NCBI RefSeq assembly: GCF_026571515.1
Contig: NW_026858824.1
Coordinates: forward strand, 248,001-312,000
Direction: 5' to 3'
DNA length: 64,000 nt
Source of the DNA: Ruditapes philippinarum
Lineage: Eukaryota
The number at the start of each line of letters is the position of its first letter. The stretch's first letter is position 1. The position numbers and the translations under genes are program-made. Below are positions 25,101 through 36,387 of the stretch, in pieces. Below the pieces are notes generated by a model. That model ran no database searches and was not told the DNA's origin. It saw nothing but the letters and a program-made list of their open reading frames with translations.

Positions 25101-28100
25101 CTCTAGCAACAAACATACCCTGTAAAACAATATAACCAGATCAACATAAATGTGAATATCATAGTTATAATAAGTATGACAAGTGGAATTTAAAACGTAA
25201 ACATCACTAGCAGATTAATCACGTCAATGTTTACAGAAAGGTTTTAGGTTAAAGAGCAAAATTAAGAACTTGCATACATTCAATTTTAAATACTTTCAAA
25301 TCACACTCATGCATTATTATCATCTTCAAATGACTTCTAATTTGCATTAACCATACAATATTAAAATGAATGCATGTATATATATATGAATTCCGTATTT
25401 TTCATATAAAATATTGATTTGCTCTATCTTGCAGTCCAACAACCCATATGCAAGTAGAAAATTTAGATAAACAGTCCAACCTTCAATAAAAGATGATAAA
25501 ATGAGAATATACCAATCGTATAGCACCTCCTTTCCCTCTATTCTTCTCTAGTGTAAGAACTCTCACTTTTTCTGTACCATATGTTTTACTGTATTTAAGG
25601 GCAGTCTGTAAAATATATACAAATTTGTTGAATAATCACATATTTATTTCAACTATATAATTCTGAATACAATATATGTGTATCACATATATGTAACTTA
25701 TTTTTTAAAATTAAAATTTAAATCTTAACTACATTGTTATTATTATTAAATCTTACTAGAAGACAAAACATTTCAGTTTTTACAGGCCCAAGCAAACCAT
25801 CTTGTGTTGAAAAGTAGAATACTCCAACACGTTTCCTTAATAAGACTGCAGTACTGTAATCTTAACAGTGTAAAATTTGAAGTTTTATTTACAGTAATAT
25901 CTAAATTCAGGCAGGAATTCCAAGCAATTAAGTTTCAAAAGATACAATTTGTGTACATGTATATAGAAATGTAAGTAAAGGGGAAATAACTCACCTCTGT
26001 GGTTTTATCAGTACTGCCATCATTCACTACAACTATTTCATAACTAAATGATCGGTTCTTTTTCTGAAATAAAATAAGTTGAATATATAGTTATTACCTA
26101 AAAGAAACTGCAAATGTTATTTAAATTCAAAGTAGATAAAAAGTAACTTAATTGACAAAAGTTCACAACTTCAGTCATAACTAACTTTAATGATACACGC
26201 TGCATCTGATTAGAAAAGTGTACATGTATAAATAACAATCAAAATGCTGAATTTAAACATCTATCTTTCAGATGGAAATTTTATATTTTCATTTTAGGTA
26301 AAACACTCCAGCAATAATGTTACATGAATTTTCAAAACATCTTTTATTAGACTTTTTTCTGACGTAAGACACTTTGTACTTGTATGAATGTGATATACAC
26401 AGTTTATACAAAAATAAGTATAGGTGTATAATTATATATGTACCTGTCTAGCTTCCAAGAAATCTAATGCTTCATCCATCATTGTAGGCACTGAAACAGA
26501 AACCATTTCTATAAAATCATAGATTTACACTTGTCACTGGTAATAAATCAATTACTCTTAAATTACAGTGCATAAAAAAGGATATTCATATTACTAACGG
26601 AAGTTATGGAATTTTGCCTTTTTTTTTTCTTAAGCTTTTCATATACCTTGAGAAAATTTATTTATGTTCTTTATGCCACAATTCAAAACTGTTCATTATT
26701 TAGGGGAGAAAACATGTAAGGTGCCAAATAGCTTAGTCGGTACAGCAGCGCAACAGTATTCCGAGGTACCGGGTTAGAGATCCAGTCAAGCTGCATATTT
26801 TTCTCACCCTGTGACATTTATTAGTAAATAATGATGACAATGTAAATCCTTCATGACTTAAATCTTTCTTACATCTCTCTTCCTCAAAGTATGCTGGCAC
26901 AATAACTGATAGGTCCATACTTGGTGGGTCATGTATACTTGGAAACCGGAGTTTCTCATTTTTCGATGGATCTTCATAAAATTTCTCACTTTCATATCTT
27001 CCAAGATTGGGATATGGTTTTGATGTTATATAAATTCCAATTACAAGCTGAAACAAGGTAAAATGAAAACATTAAAATCAATAAAATTTTAAAAATATAA
27101 CAACATTAACATCTTTTATCATAAAAATGGTATTACACAGCGGTGCATATATTTTGATGTGACATCAACTACTATATATAAATAAAAAAATATAGTGTAA
27201 AGACGCACAAAATGTTAGCCATACACTATAGGCACATCAATGAAAAATGGTTCATTTTTAACATTCTAGATTTTGGGTATGTGATAAATAGAATATTATA
27301 TTCTTGTAGGTTCATTACTGAATTTTTTTAAGTTGTTAAATAATGAAATATCATGGCATAATATAATTTTATTAAACTCTTTCAATAAATTCAGTATCAA
27401 ACCTACACTCATTCAATATCTGCTATATATCATTTTATGTCACACAATACGAAAGCTTGCATGTTTTGGAAAAGTATAAAGTCTTATTCAGAAGTAAATA
27501 TCAGCTGCAGCTGTAAACTTTGCTTTTAAATTTACTTAATATTCAAAATGCAAACTGTACACATTAACTTTACAAATAATTTGCATATTTTAGTAAAACA
27601 ACTTCATTACAGGTAACGTTATCAAAGACAAGCAATGTCATTTGAATTCATCATTAACAAGGACTTCTCTGACATGTTGTTGTAACTTTCACTTTAATCT
27701 TTTTTCTTTCAAAGATACTACAGTTACATAAAGTATTCTTATTGTTTGTAGTCTTTCAGAAGATCTAGGTACACCATGATGTATACAAGTTTTGCTGTCA
27801 AAGACATTAAGAAAAACAAAACCAAAACAGTTGTTCATTAACTTTTTACAAAACCCTTGAATTGACAGTAAGTCATTATGCTCAACTGTAGTCGGTGCTT
27901 GATAGTTTAACATCACAAACACTTGGGGGTCAGATCCTGCCCCTCAACGTGATACGCTCTTGTAAACATTCTTATCAAAAATATTTTAATATTTAAACAC
28001 GAATGGGACATCTGTTACAATGATAATCTTTACTTTATTGATACTAGATGGCAACTGGTATTTTTTTCATATGTATAAAAATAGTTTGAAAACCAGTTTG

Positions 28101-29821
28101 TATGCCCATTCGTGTTTAAATATTAAAAATATTTGATAGAGTGTTTACACATGTGACCCACAGGTGTCTGTGTTGAACATGAGCCCAGTGTAGCGTCATA
28201 ATTACATGGAATATATTTACTATAAGCTGGTTTAGTTATTGCCCTTTCCTTTTTCATCTCTTTTGAAACTCATTTGTAAATGTTCACTCCCCAAAATTTT
28301 GTTATTTAACTACAACTAATACTTGAGTCGAAGGTTCAATGTCTTGAAGCCTTTACAGTTTTGTTGTATATTTTCAATTGATGATTTGACATCTTAAGTT
28401 CACCCCTAAAGTATTGAATGATATATATACCAACCCTGTTTAAAGAATGAAAATTTGAGAAGCTTAGCTGCATCAGCCTGCTTATCATCATAATCAACAT
28501 TTTAATTTTCTTCAATATAATAAAGTTAATTATTATAATAGACTTAATTACTTATAATAAATGTCACCCTTCAGAACAGCTCATTATTTAATGGAAAAGA
28601 TGTGTAAGCAGCCGAATAGCTCAGTCTGTAGAGCTGTGGTACCGTATTCCGAGAGTCCTGGGTTCGAGTCCAATCGTCAAGCTGCACATTTTTCTTACCC
28701 TGTGGCATCAGGCACGCAACTGGGGACCGTGGCTGGACATAGCGTTTAATTAGCATTGCTCAGTAACCCTGAGGAATTCAGGACAATTTTCAATATAGCA
28801 AGGGAGTATGTCACATTTCAGAAAGGTTCAATATTTAGGAGAGAGAATGCATAAGCGACGGGCAGCACGAAATACCCAAATACACCCAAATATACCCAAA
28901 TATTGCCCAAATATACCCAAATAATGCCTAAATATACCCAAATATTGTCCAATTATACTAAAAATAACTGTTTTATACTAAAAAAGTGCTGTTTTAATCA
29001 TGAATACAATATACACTTTCACTAAGATATAATCAAACATACCCAAATATACATTTTCCTATCATTGTGTTTTGAACCAAGATACAGTATATGTACTCCA
29101 TTAAAGCTTTTTTTTAAAAACATGGACTTCTTCCTCTATTATGATATGAAATTTCAACAAAATTACACCTTAAAAATGTAAGTGTAGACAACAAATATCA
29201 TATCTTGAATTAAAATTGCATTCATAAGGAAGCGATATTGTGATAAGCAAATGTCACAACTTTATTTTCTTACAACATCTTAACTGCCCATTTCAACGGA
29301 ATGAATGAAAGTTATAGCAGGCTATGTCATATCATTTTATAAATATTTATTTATTTCTCATTATAATCTATACTTTATACAAAGAAAAATAAATATTGCT
29401 ATATTTGGGTATATTTGGGCAATATTTGGGTATATTTGAGTGTATTTGGGTATATTTGGGTATATTTGGGTATTTCGTGCCGCCGTAAGCGACTGGATAG
29501 CTCAGGCGGTAGGGCCGTAGTACAGAATTCGGAGGATCCCGGGTTCGGGACTCTGTCAAACTGCACATATTTCTCACCCTGTAACATAAATAATAATTCA
29601 GAAATCTATGATTTGGAACTGATAAAACTGTAAACATTGAAAACGATAACAATTACCCCACCCACCATAACGTAAAGTTGCATCAGATCAGCTGCGGTGT
29701 ATACCTTTAACAAATGCATTCAAGAAATAAACATATACATATATCTGACACTTACAACAACTAAAAACACTAAAGCCAGAACTGCCAAAGCCCAGAAAAT
29801 AGATGCTAACGTGATTTCCAT
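22190..29821 (-). CDS. ALG5: Dolichyl-phosphate beta-glucosyltransferase, 324 aa
   Basis: Exons 29821-29756, 27047-26873, 26490-26444, 26063-25995, 25605-25513, 25119-24949, 24373-24222, 23822-23737, 22305-22190; 975 nt in phase. N-terminal TM, LSVIVPAY, NDGS, NRGKGGA, FADADGA, GSRAHLE, DTQCGFKL, WAFDVDLL, WQEIEGSK, WLQMGRDL. Confidence 0.97.
22391..23206 (+). mobile_element. Non-autonomous element with one-sided long hairpin (tentatively Crypton-like) in the last ALG5 intron
   Basis: Hairpin 22391-22563; inverted ATTCTAACAC (22564) / GTGTTAGAAT (23196); arm sequence repeated directly at 23130-23156. Confidence 0.6.
26674..26816 (+). mobile_element. Solo LTR of tRNA-containing TRIM
   Basis: TGCCAC..GTGACA, 143 bp, A/B boxes inside, 4-bp TSD TTTA on both sides. 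Confidence 0.85.
27905..28178. mobile_element. MITE-like inverted repeat
   Basis: 27961-28007 and 28105-28149 are near-perfect reverse complements; weaker outer arms. Confidence 0.65.
28562..29586 (+). mobile_element. Full-length tRNA-containing TRIM (Helenus/TRIMp3-like)
   Basis: LTR1 28562-28707, degenerate PBS 28708-28727, PPT AGCAAGGGAG 28797-28806, LTR2 28809-29586 (144 bp without insert), TSD TAAA on both sides. Confidence 0.85.
28860..29485. mobile_element. Foldback-like MITE inserted in TRIM LTR2
   Basis: TIRs (G/C)GGC(A/G)GCACGAAATACCC followed by tandem AATATACCCA 10-mers; 8-bp TSD TAAGCGAC at 28852-28859 and 29486-29493. Confidence 0.85.
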
Positions 29822-30513
29822 CGTTCACAGCTGCAAAACACGGAAGTTGAAAATGCCACGACGCCGGTCAATGGACACAATTTAATCCCGTGAAGTATCC
29901 GTACCATACCGTACACGTCCGTGACTGGTGCAGACGATTTTTTATTCTATAACCATAATTTTGATAGTGGAAATTTTTTTTTATATAATTTCATCGGTGG
30001 TTTTGTATTTGGTACCTTATAGTAAGCCTTAGAGTGTTGATTTTTTTTTCAGGGTTGTAGTAGGGGTCCAGGAGCAGATAGGGGTGGGGTGCCCAAACAC
30101 TGATACTGCCACCTGTGGTCCCAGGTACATGTAAAAACGTGGTGTTAGACCACAAAATGCCATTTTAAACCAAGTTGGATTGTTGGTAGGAAGCTGTTCC
30201 AAGATTTCTTTTGTGTTTTTCTTATAAAATTTTGCCATAAAATTGCAGCTTTTTATGAAAAGTTGAAAACTATGGAAATGTACCAGAATGTTTTGTGATT
30301 GTTTGTATACAAGTGTCATATAAAATATGTAACATGTGGCAAAAAAAGAAAATGTAATGCATTTAGTCAAGCGATCACGAACATTGAAGAAAGCCAGTAA
30401 CATTTTTAATGAAGACAGACATTAGACAATGAATGTAAACTGAAAATTAGTCTTAAGGACATGGATGCCCCCATAATATATGTTAGGACACAGAATAGTA
30501 TATCATCAGTATG

Positions 30514-31194
30514 AACTAGAACTGCCACTGTCATGGCATGAATACCCCCGCATACCACTTTGTCAGAATCAACAGTGGCCATTTAGAACTCAAGGACAAC
30601 CACCCGGCCAAATCTGAGGTTACTAAGCCAGTGCATTGCTAAGATATGTATTCTCCATGCTTCAAATGTGAAAATTTTAAAATCAAGTTTTTTAGTCAAG
30701 GCCCCTGTGACCTTGACCTTTGACCCAGTGACCTCAAAATCAATAGGGGTCATTTACTAATCATGACTAACCTCTATGCCAAATATGAAGACTGAGTCAA
30801 AGGAATATCAAGTTATTGGGCAGACAAGCTTTTTAAAGTCAAGGCCCCTGTGACCTTGACCTTTGACCCAGTGACCCCAAAATCAATAGGGGTCATCTAC
30901 TAATCATGACTAACCTCCATGCCAAATATGAAGACTGTGGGTCAAAGGAATCTCAAGTTATTGGGCGGATAAGGTTTTTTTAGTCAAGGCCCCTGTGACC
31001 TTTGACCAAGTGACCCCAAAATCAATAGGGGTCATCTACTAATCATGACTAACCTCCATGCCAAATATGCAGACAGTGGGCCAAAGGAATCTTAAGTAAT
31101 TGGGCGGACAAGGAAAAACTGACTGCGGGACGGGAGACGTCCGGACGGACAAGCTGTATACCCCCCTTACAACTTCGTTGAGCGGGGGTATAAT
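30514..31194 (+). mobile_element. HINE/Pearl-like element with three ~144-bp core repeats
   Basis: AACTAG head, subterminal ATACCCCC repeat, GTGACCTTGACCTTTGACC cores at 30695/30838/30983, GGAC microsatellite, 3' hairpin. Confidence 0.8.
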
Positions 31195-32017
31195 AAAGAT
31201 GTTATGAAAGTAAAGCATTGATTATCACAATTGCTTTTGCCAACTGACTTCAAAATCCCTTGATGCATGACAGAGTTATGGCCCAAACAAGATTTTCTTA
31301 CTGCTGATTTTTTATCTCTACATGTGACCATGGCCTTGGAGCTAAAGGTCTTGGGTATTACTCATAACACATCGTCTATCATGCTACACATTTGTGCCAA
31401 GTTATTTTAAAATATCTTGATGCTTGACAAGTTATTGGCTGGACAAGCTTTTCTTACCTCTAAGTGTGACTTTGAACTTAGAGCTAGGGGTCTAGTTCTT
31501 GCGCAAAACAAACCATCTCATTAAACTTCACAATTGGCTCAGTTATTGGAGTCATGGGCCAGAGAATATTTTCTAACTGTTGACCTTTGACCTCTTAGTG
31601 TGACTGACCTTGGAGCAAAAGGTCAAGGCACACTATCTCATCATTCTTAACATTTGTGCCGGGTTATTTTAAAATCCCTTGATACTTGACAGTGTTATTG
31701 ACTGGACAAGGTTTTCTTACTGCTGACCTTTGACCTTGGGCTCCAATTCTTAACATGACAAACCATCTAATTTTTGATGCTACATAGTTAGGCAAAGTTC
31801 TTTCAAAATCTCTTGATGCATGGACCAGAGAATATTTCCAGCTGCTGACCTTTCCTTGACCTGGAGCAAGGGGTCTAGGTCTAATGCTTGACACAATATC
31901 AGTTCTCATCATGCTGAACATTTGTGCCAAGTTACTCACGCATGCACACACACTTGGACAGAGAGGGTAACACTATAATTATGCGCCCTTGCTATTATAA
32001 TGGTGGGGGCATAAAAA
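31195..32017 (+). mobile_element. Older degenerate HINE/Pearl-like element (probably host of 30514-31194)
   Basis: Degenerate TGACCTT(T)GACC core repeats; ends GGGGGCATAAAAA; possible head GGATGCCCCC at ~30462. Confidence 0.65.
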
Positions 32018-32294
32018 TTCAATGTGCTGAGCTTTTCAAAAGTCAATTGGTGTATGTTTTGTATAAGTTGGTGGCTTTATCCTACACAAAGGTTGGTGGC
32101 TTTATCCTACACAGAGGTGATACATTGAAATTGAGAAACAATTGAGATAATGTTATGTAACAAAATCATGGTGTTGGAGCATGGGCCGCATTGCGTTACT
32201 AGGTAGTTTTATAATTTGTTCTGTGTAATCAGATCAAGCAATATTGTGCTGGTTTCTTGCATGTATACTCAGTGATAGCATATCAAATATTAGT

Positions 32295-33243
32295 AACAAG
32301 TGCACCGCTAGGCAGAGCATTATATGCCCGAAAGTGATTTTTTTTTTAGTAAAGATGAAGCATTTGTAAAACATTGGAATAAAATAAAGTATTACCTCCT
32401 TCAAATAACAATCCTCCTATGAAGTTTGAATATTGTGGTCCAAATGGAACTTAAGTTATCCCCCGGAAACTGTTTTCAGTTTTAAGGTAATAGTGACCTT
32501 GACCTTTGACCCAAAATCAATTGGGGTCTTCTACCTAATATGGACAATCATCCTATGAAATTTGAATATTGTGGGCCGAATGGAACTTTAGTTAGGCTCA
32601 CGAAACTGTTTTCAATTTCAAAGTAATAGTGACCTTGACCTTTGACCTTGTGACCCCAAAATCAAGAGGGTTCTTCTGCCCAATATCATCCTATGAAGTT
32701 TGAACACTGTGGGCCAAATGGAACTTAAGTTATGCTCCAGAAATTGTTTTCAGTTTTAAGGTAATAGTGACCTTGACCTTTGACCTTGTGACCCCAAAAC
32801 CAATAGGGGTCTTCAACCCAATATGGACAATCATCCTATGAAGTTTGAACACTGTGGGCCAAATGGAACTTAAGTTATGCTCCGGAAACTGTTTTCAGTT
32901 TTAAGGTAATAGTGACCTTGACCTTTGACCTTGTGACCCCAAAACCAATAGGGGTCTTCTACCCAATATGGACAATCATCCTATGAAGTTTGAACACTGT
33001 GGGCCAAATGGAACTTAAGTTATGCTCCGGAAACTAGTTTTAAGGTAATAGTGACCTTGACCTTTGACCTTGTGACCCCAAAATCAATAGGGGTCTTCTA
33101 CCCAATATGGACAATCATCCTATGAAGTTTGAATATTGTGGGCCAAATGGAACTTAAGTTATGCTCCGGAAACCAAATTGCTAACGGATGGACGCCAGGG
33201 GGTATAACATAATATGCCTGAAATTCTTTCGGGCATATAAAAA
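32295..33243 (+). mobile_element. HINE/Pearl-like element with ~5.5 core repeats of 136-145 bp
   Basis: AACAAG head, TATATGCCCGAAAG / CTTTCGGGCATATA inverted pair, cores at 32487, 32623, 32761, 32906, 33045. Confidence 0.85.
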
Positions 33244-34387
33244 TTTGAGTATAACAGTAATGTCCATGATGTTTTTTGCTTTTAATACCATTGGCAATAT
33301 ATTATTTCCCTTTACTACACATCAAAAGGAACACAATGCACATGTCACTCACAAGGCAAGTACTATTTCAACACTTTCAGGGACATACTACATAATAATT
33401 TTTATATATATTTTTTGTTCTTTTTTATACAAATTACATGTATATTAAAACAAAAATTTTATACATATTTAACCCATTTATTACGATATAAAATACATAA
33501 TTAACTTTAACATGCTTTGGACACTTCATAAAATATCAAATTTTTAAACATGTTTAGAAAGTTTTAGGAGAATTTTCTTCCTGATATATAATTTCATCTG
33601 TTTACATTAATATAATGTTAGAAAAGAATACTGTACAAATATAATTATATATCTTTCATTTTCACACTATTTGAATCATTACAGAAATATTTAAAGTATC
33701 TTGTATTTGGGTTGAACAAAAATAAGGCTATGAATAATACAGTTGCAGACATATAAAAGTTAGCACTGAGCTCTAAATATGTGATATATTATCATAGTTT
33801 TTAGGTATACCCTAGTTGACTCCTAAATGTAATATCATGGAACATACAGCACACATTGGTACTTTTTTATCAATGTAAGTATATGCTTTTCTTCATAACA
33901 CTCATTAACATGCTATTTCAAAATTTAAAAAAAAATGTCATTAGTTGATATAAAAACATTACTAAATAAAAAATCCTATTTCCTGACTTCATGAAAACAT
34001 AAGAAAATATGTACCGGTATGTTACAGAAATACAGAAAAAATTTCTTTCCAAACAATATACAAGTATTTAGAATATAAAAAACTTTATATTTGCTAAAAC
34101 AAAAGAAATTGATAATTGGCATTATTTTCATTAAATAAACATCAAGCAGCCAAAAATCACCTATGGTAAGTATCGAGGGTTCCAGGCATTGCAATCCTTA
34201 CTAAAACTAAAGTTAAAAGACATGGCAAAAACCTGGTTATGCAGGGATTTTTTTGGCTTATTTTATAGCCGTCATTGGGTCATACTCCCATTTGAAAATA
34301 ATATTATTTTCCCAATCCACAAGAAAATATTCACAATTAAAAGTTAGAAAATAAAAATATTGATTAAAGAATTCTAAAATCTTTGAA

Positions 34388-36387
34388 AACAAGAGGGCCA
34401 TGATGGCCCTGAAATCGCTCAACTGTATATAAGTTCTTCACTAGAAGATATTTCATGATTAGTATCTTAATTCTAGCTCTTTGGATTTTTAAAAGAAGAT
34501 TTATTAAGTTTTTACTATACACATATAAGGAAAATCAATGACCCCAGGACGGGGCCAATTTTAACCCCAGGGCCCTTATTTGAACAAAATTGGTAGACAT
34601 CCATTAGAAAATGTTTTCATGCTAAATATTTAAGCTCTAGCTCTTAGGTTTTTTTTAAAAGATATTTTTAAAGTTTTTACTATATACACTACAGGTGTTT
34701 CATAATATGTGATACACTTTCAAATAATTGTTGCTTTACTGATTTTATAGCTACAAACAAAATGCTTATACCAAAGTAAACTAGACACTTCACCATTTTT
34801 AATGTAACGAAACTTACTGGAAAACGTTAACGTCATGACGTCATGTATGACGTCATTATTATCTGTTATTTTCAAGATGGCGTTGTCCATGGAAAAGTGT
34901 CAAGATATCATAAAATTGTACTATGAACACCATTCTATCATATCTGTAACTAGAAGAATGAGGAAAATGTACCCTGTCGAAAAAAGGGTGACCAGGCTAC
35001 AAGTAAGCAGAGTAGTTAAAAGATTTGAGCAGCATGGAAGTGCACTTGACCAGAGACACCGTAACCAGGGCCATTCTTTTTCCAAGACCAAGACTGAAAC
35101 ACCGAGACAATCAACAGTGACCGCTATTTGTCTCTTCTAAAATACAAGTTTCTGCCTGCACTCTGTGGGAAAGGGGTTAATATGACACAAACATGGTTTC
35201 AACAAGATGGTGCCGCTCCACACACGGCCCAGAGAGTTCTTGAATGGCTTAAAGAACATTTGACAAACAATTTATCTCTCTGAAGACGGAATGCACTTGG
35301 CCACCCCACTCTCCGGATCTCAGTCCTTTGGATTTTTTTCTTTGGGGCTATCTCAAGGACAGAGTCTACAAAGTGCAGCCAAAGACAAGAGATAACCTTA
35401 AACAGTCCATAAGATGTGAAATAAGAAAGATTACTGGTGACATGTGCAATAATGTGATGGAAAACTTCATGAAACGTGTTGAGATGGTGCGACGCCATAA
35501 TGGACGTCATTTTGAGTATATGCTATAAATGGACCCTGTTTTCAAGCGTAGCTAAAAATGTTATTGGTAGGTTTAATAAGGAAAAAATACACTTTTATAA
35601 ATGGACAGCATTTCCCTTTAATATGGTACATTTTTCATTATTACTGACATTCTTACATAAACGAAACATTTGATTAAAAGTGTATCACATATTATGAAAC
35701 ACCCTGTACAAATAAGGAAATCAATGACCCCCTGGGGCGGGGCCAATTTTGACCCGAGGGCTTTTATTTGAAGAAACTTGATAGACACTGACTAGAAGAT
35801 GTTTCATGCCAAATATTTAAGCTCTAGCTCTAAGGGTTTGTTAAAAGATTTTTTAAGTTTTTACTATATACATAAAGGGAAAAACAATGACCCCCTGGGG
35901 CGGGCCAATTTTGACCACAGGGCATTTATTTGAACAAACTTGGTAGACACCCACTAGAAGATGTTTCATGCTTAATATCTAAGCTCTAGCTATTTGGGTT
36001 TCTTAAAAGAAGATTTTTAAAGTTTTTACTATATGCAAATAAGGAAAATCAATGACCCCGGGTGGGGCTAATTTTGACCCCAGGGCTTTTATTTGAACAA
36101 TTTTGGTAGACACTGACTAGATGATGTTTCATGCCAAATATTTTAGCTCTAGCTCTTTCAGTTTTTTAAAAGAAGATTTTTTAAGTTTCAGTTCTGCATG
36201 GAATTAAATTCTGTAAACAAATTTTAAAGTTGGCTGCAAAAGGAACATTTCTGTGATATTTGGATAAAATTGGCTTTGCGTTTTATGAGGAGATGTCGTT
36301 AAAAGTAAAAGTTATGGACGAACGGACATCAGACGAAAAGTGGTCACAAAAACTCACCATGTCACTTTGTGACAGGTGAGCTAAAAA
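34388..36387 (+). mobile_element. HINE/Pearl-like element with ~163-bp core repeats, interrupted by a DD41D transposon
   Basis: Head AACAAGAGGGCCATGATGGCCC, tail TGTCACTTTGTGACAGGTGAGCTAAAAA, repeated AATGACCCC..GGGGCCAATTTTGACCCC units. Confidence 0.85.
34692..35706 (+). mobile_element. Tc1/mariner DD41D (rosa-type) transposon, internally deleted
   Basis: ~30-bp TIRs CAG(G)GTGTTTCATAATATGTGATACACTTT, TA TSDs; N-terminal HTH ORF from 34835; WFQQDGA..WPPHSPDLSPLDFFLWGYLKDRVY with 41 residues between the last two Asp after fixing one frameshift. Confidence 0.92.

Noticed and set aside
28610-28680. Functional tRNA genes at the A/B-box sequences (also 7265, 15958, 26725, 29495, 47020, 49600)
   Set aside because: No consistent acceptor or anticodon stems; embedded in LTR or SINE context.
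29368-29652. Repetitive ORFs (PKYTQI / YIWVYL) and the similar short ORFs over MITEs at 43720-44168 and 55720-56157
   Set aside because: Translations of non-coding tandem or palindromic repeats.
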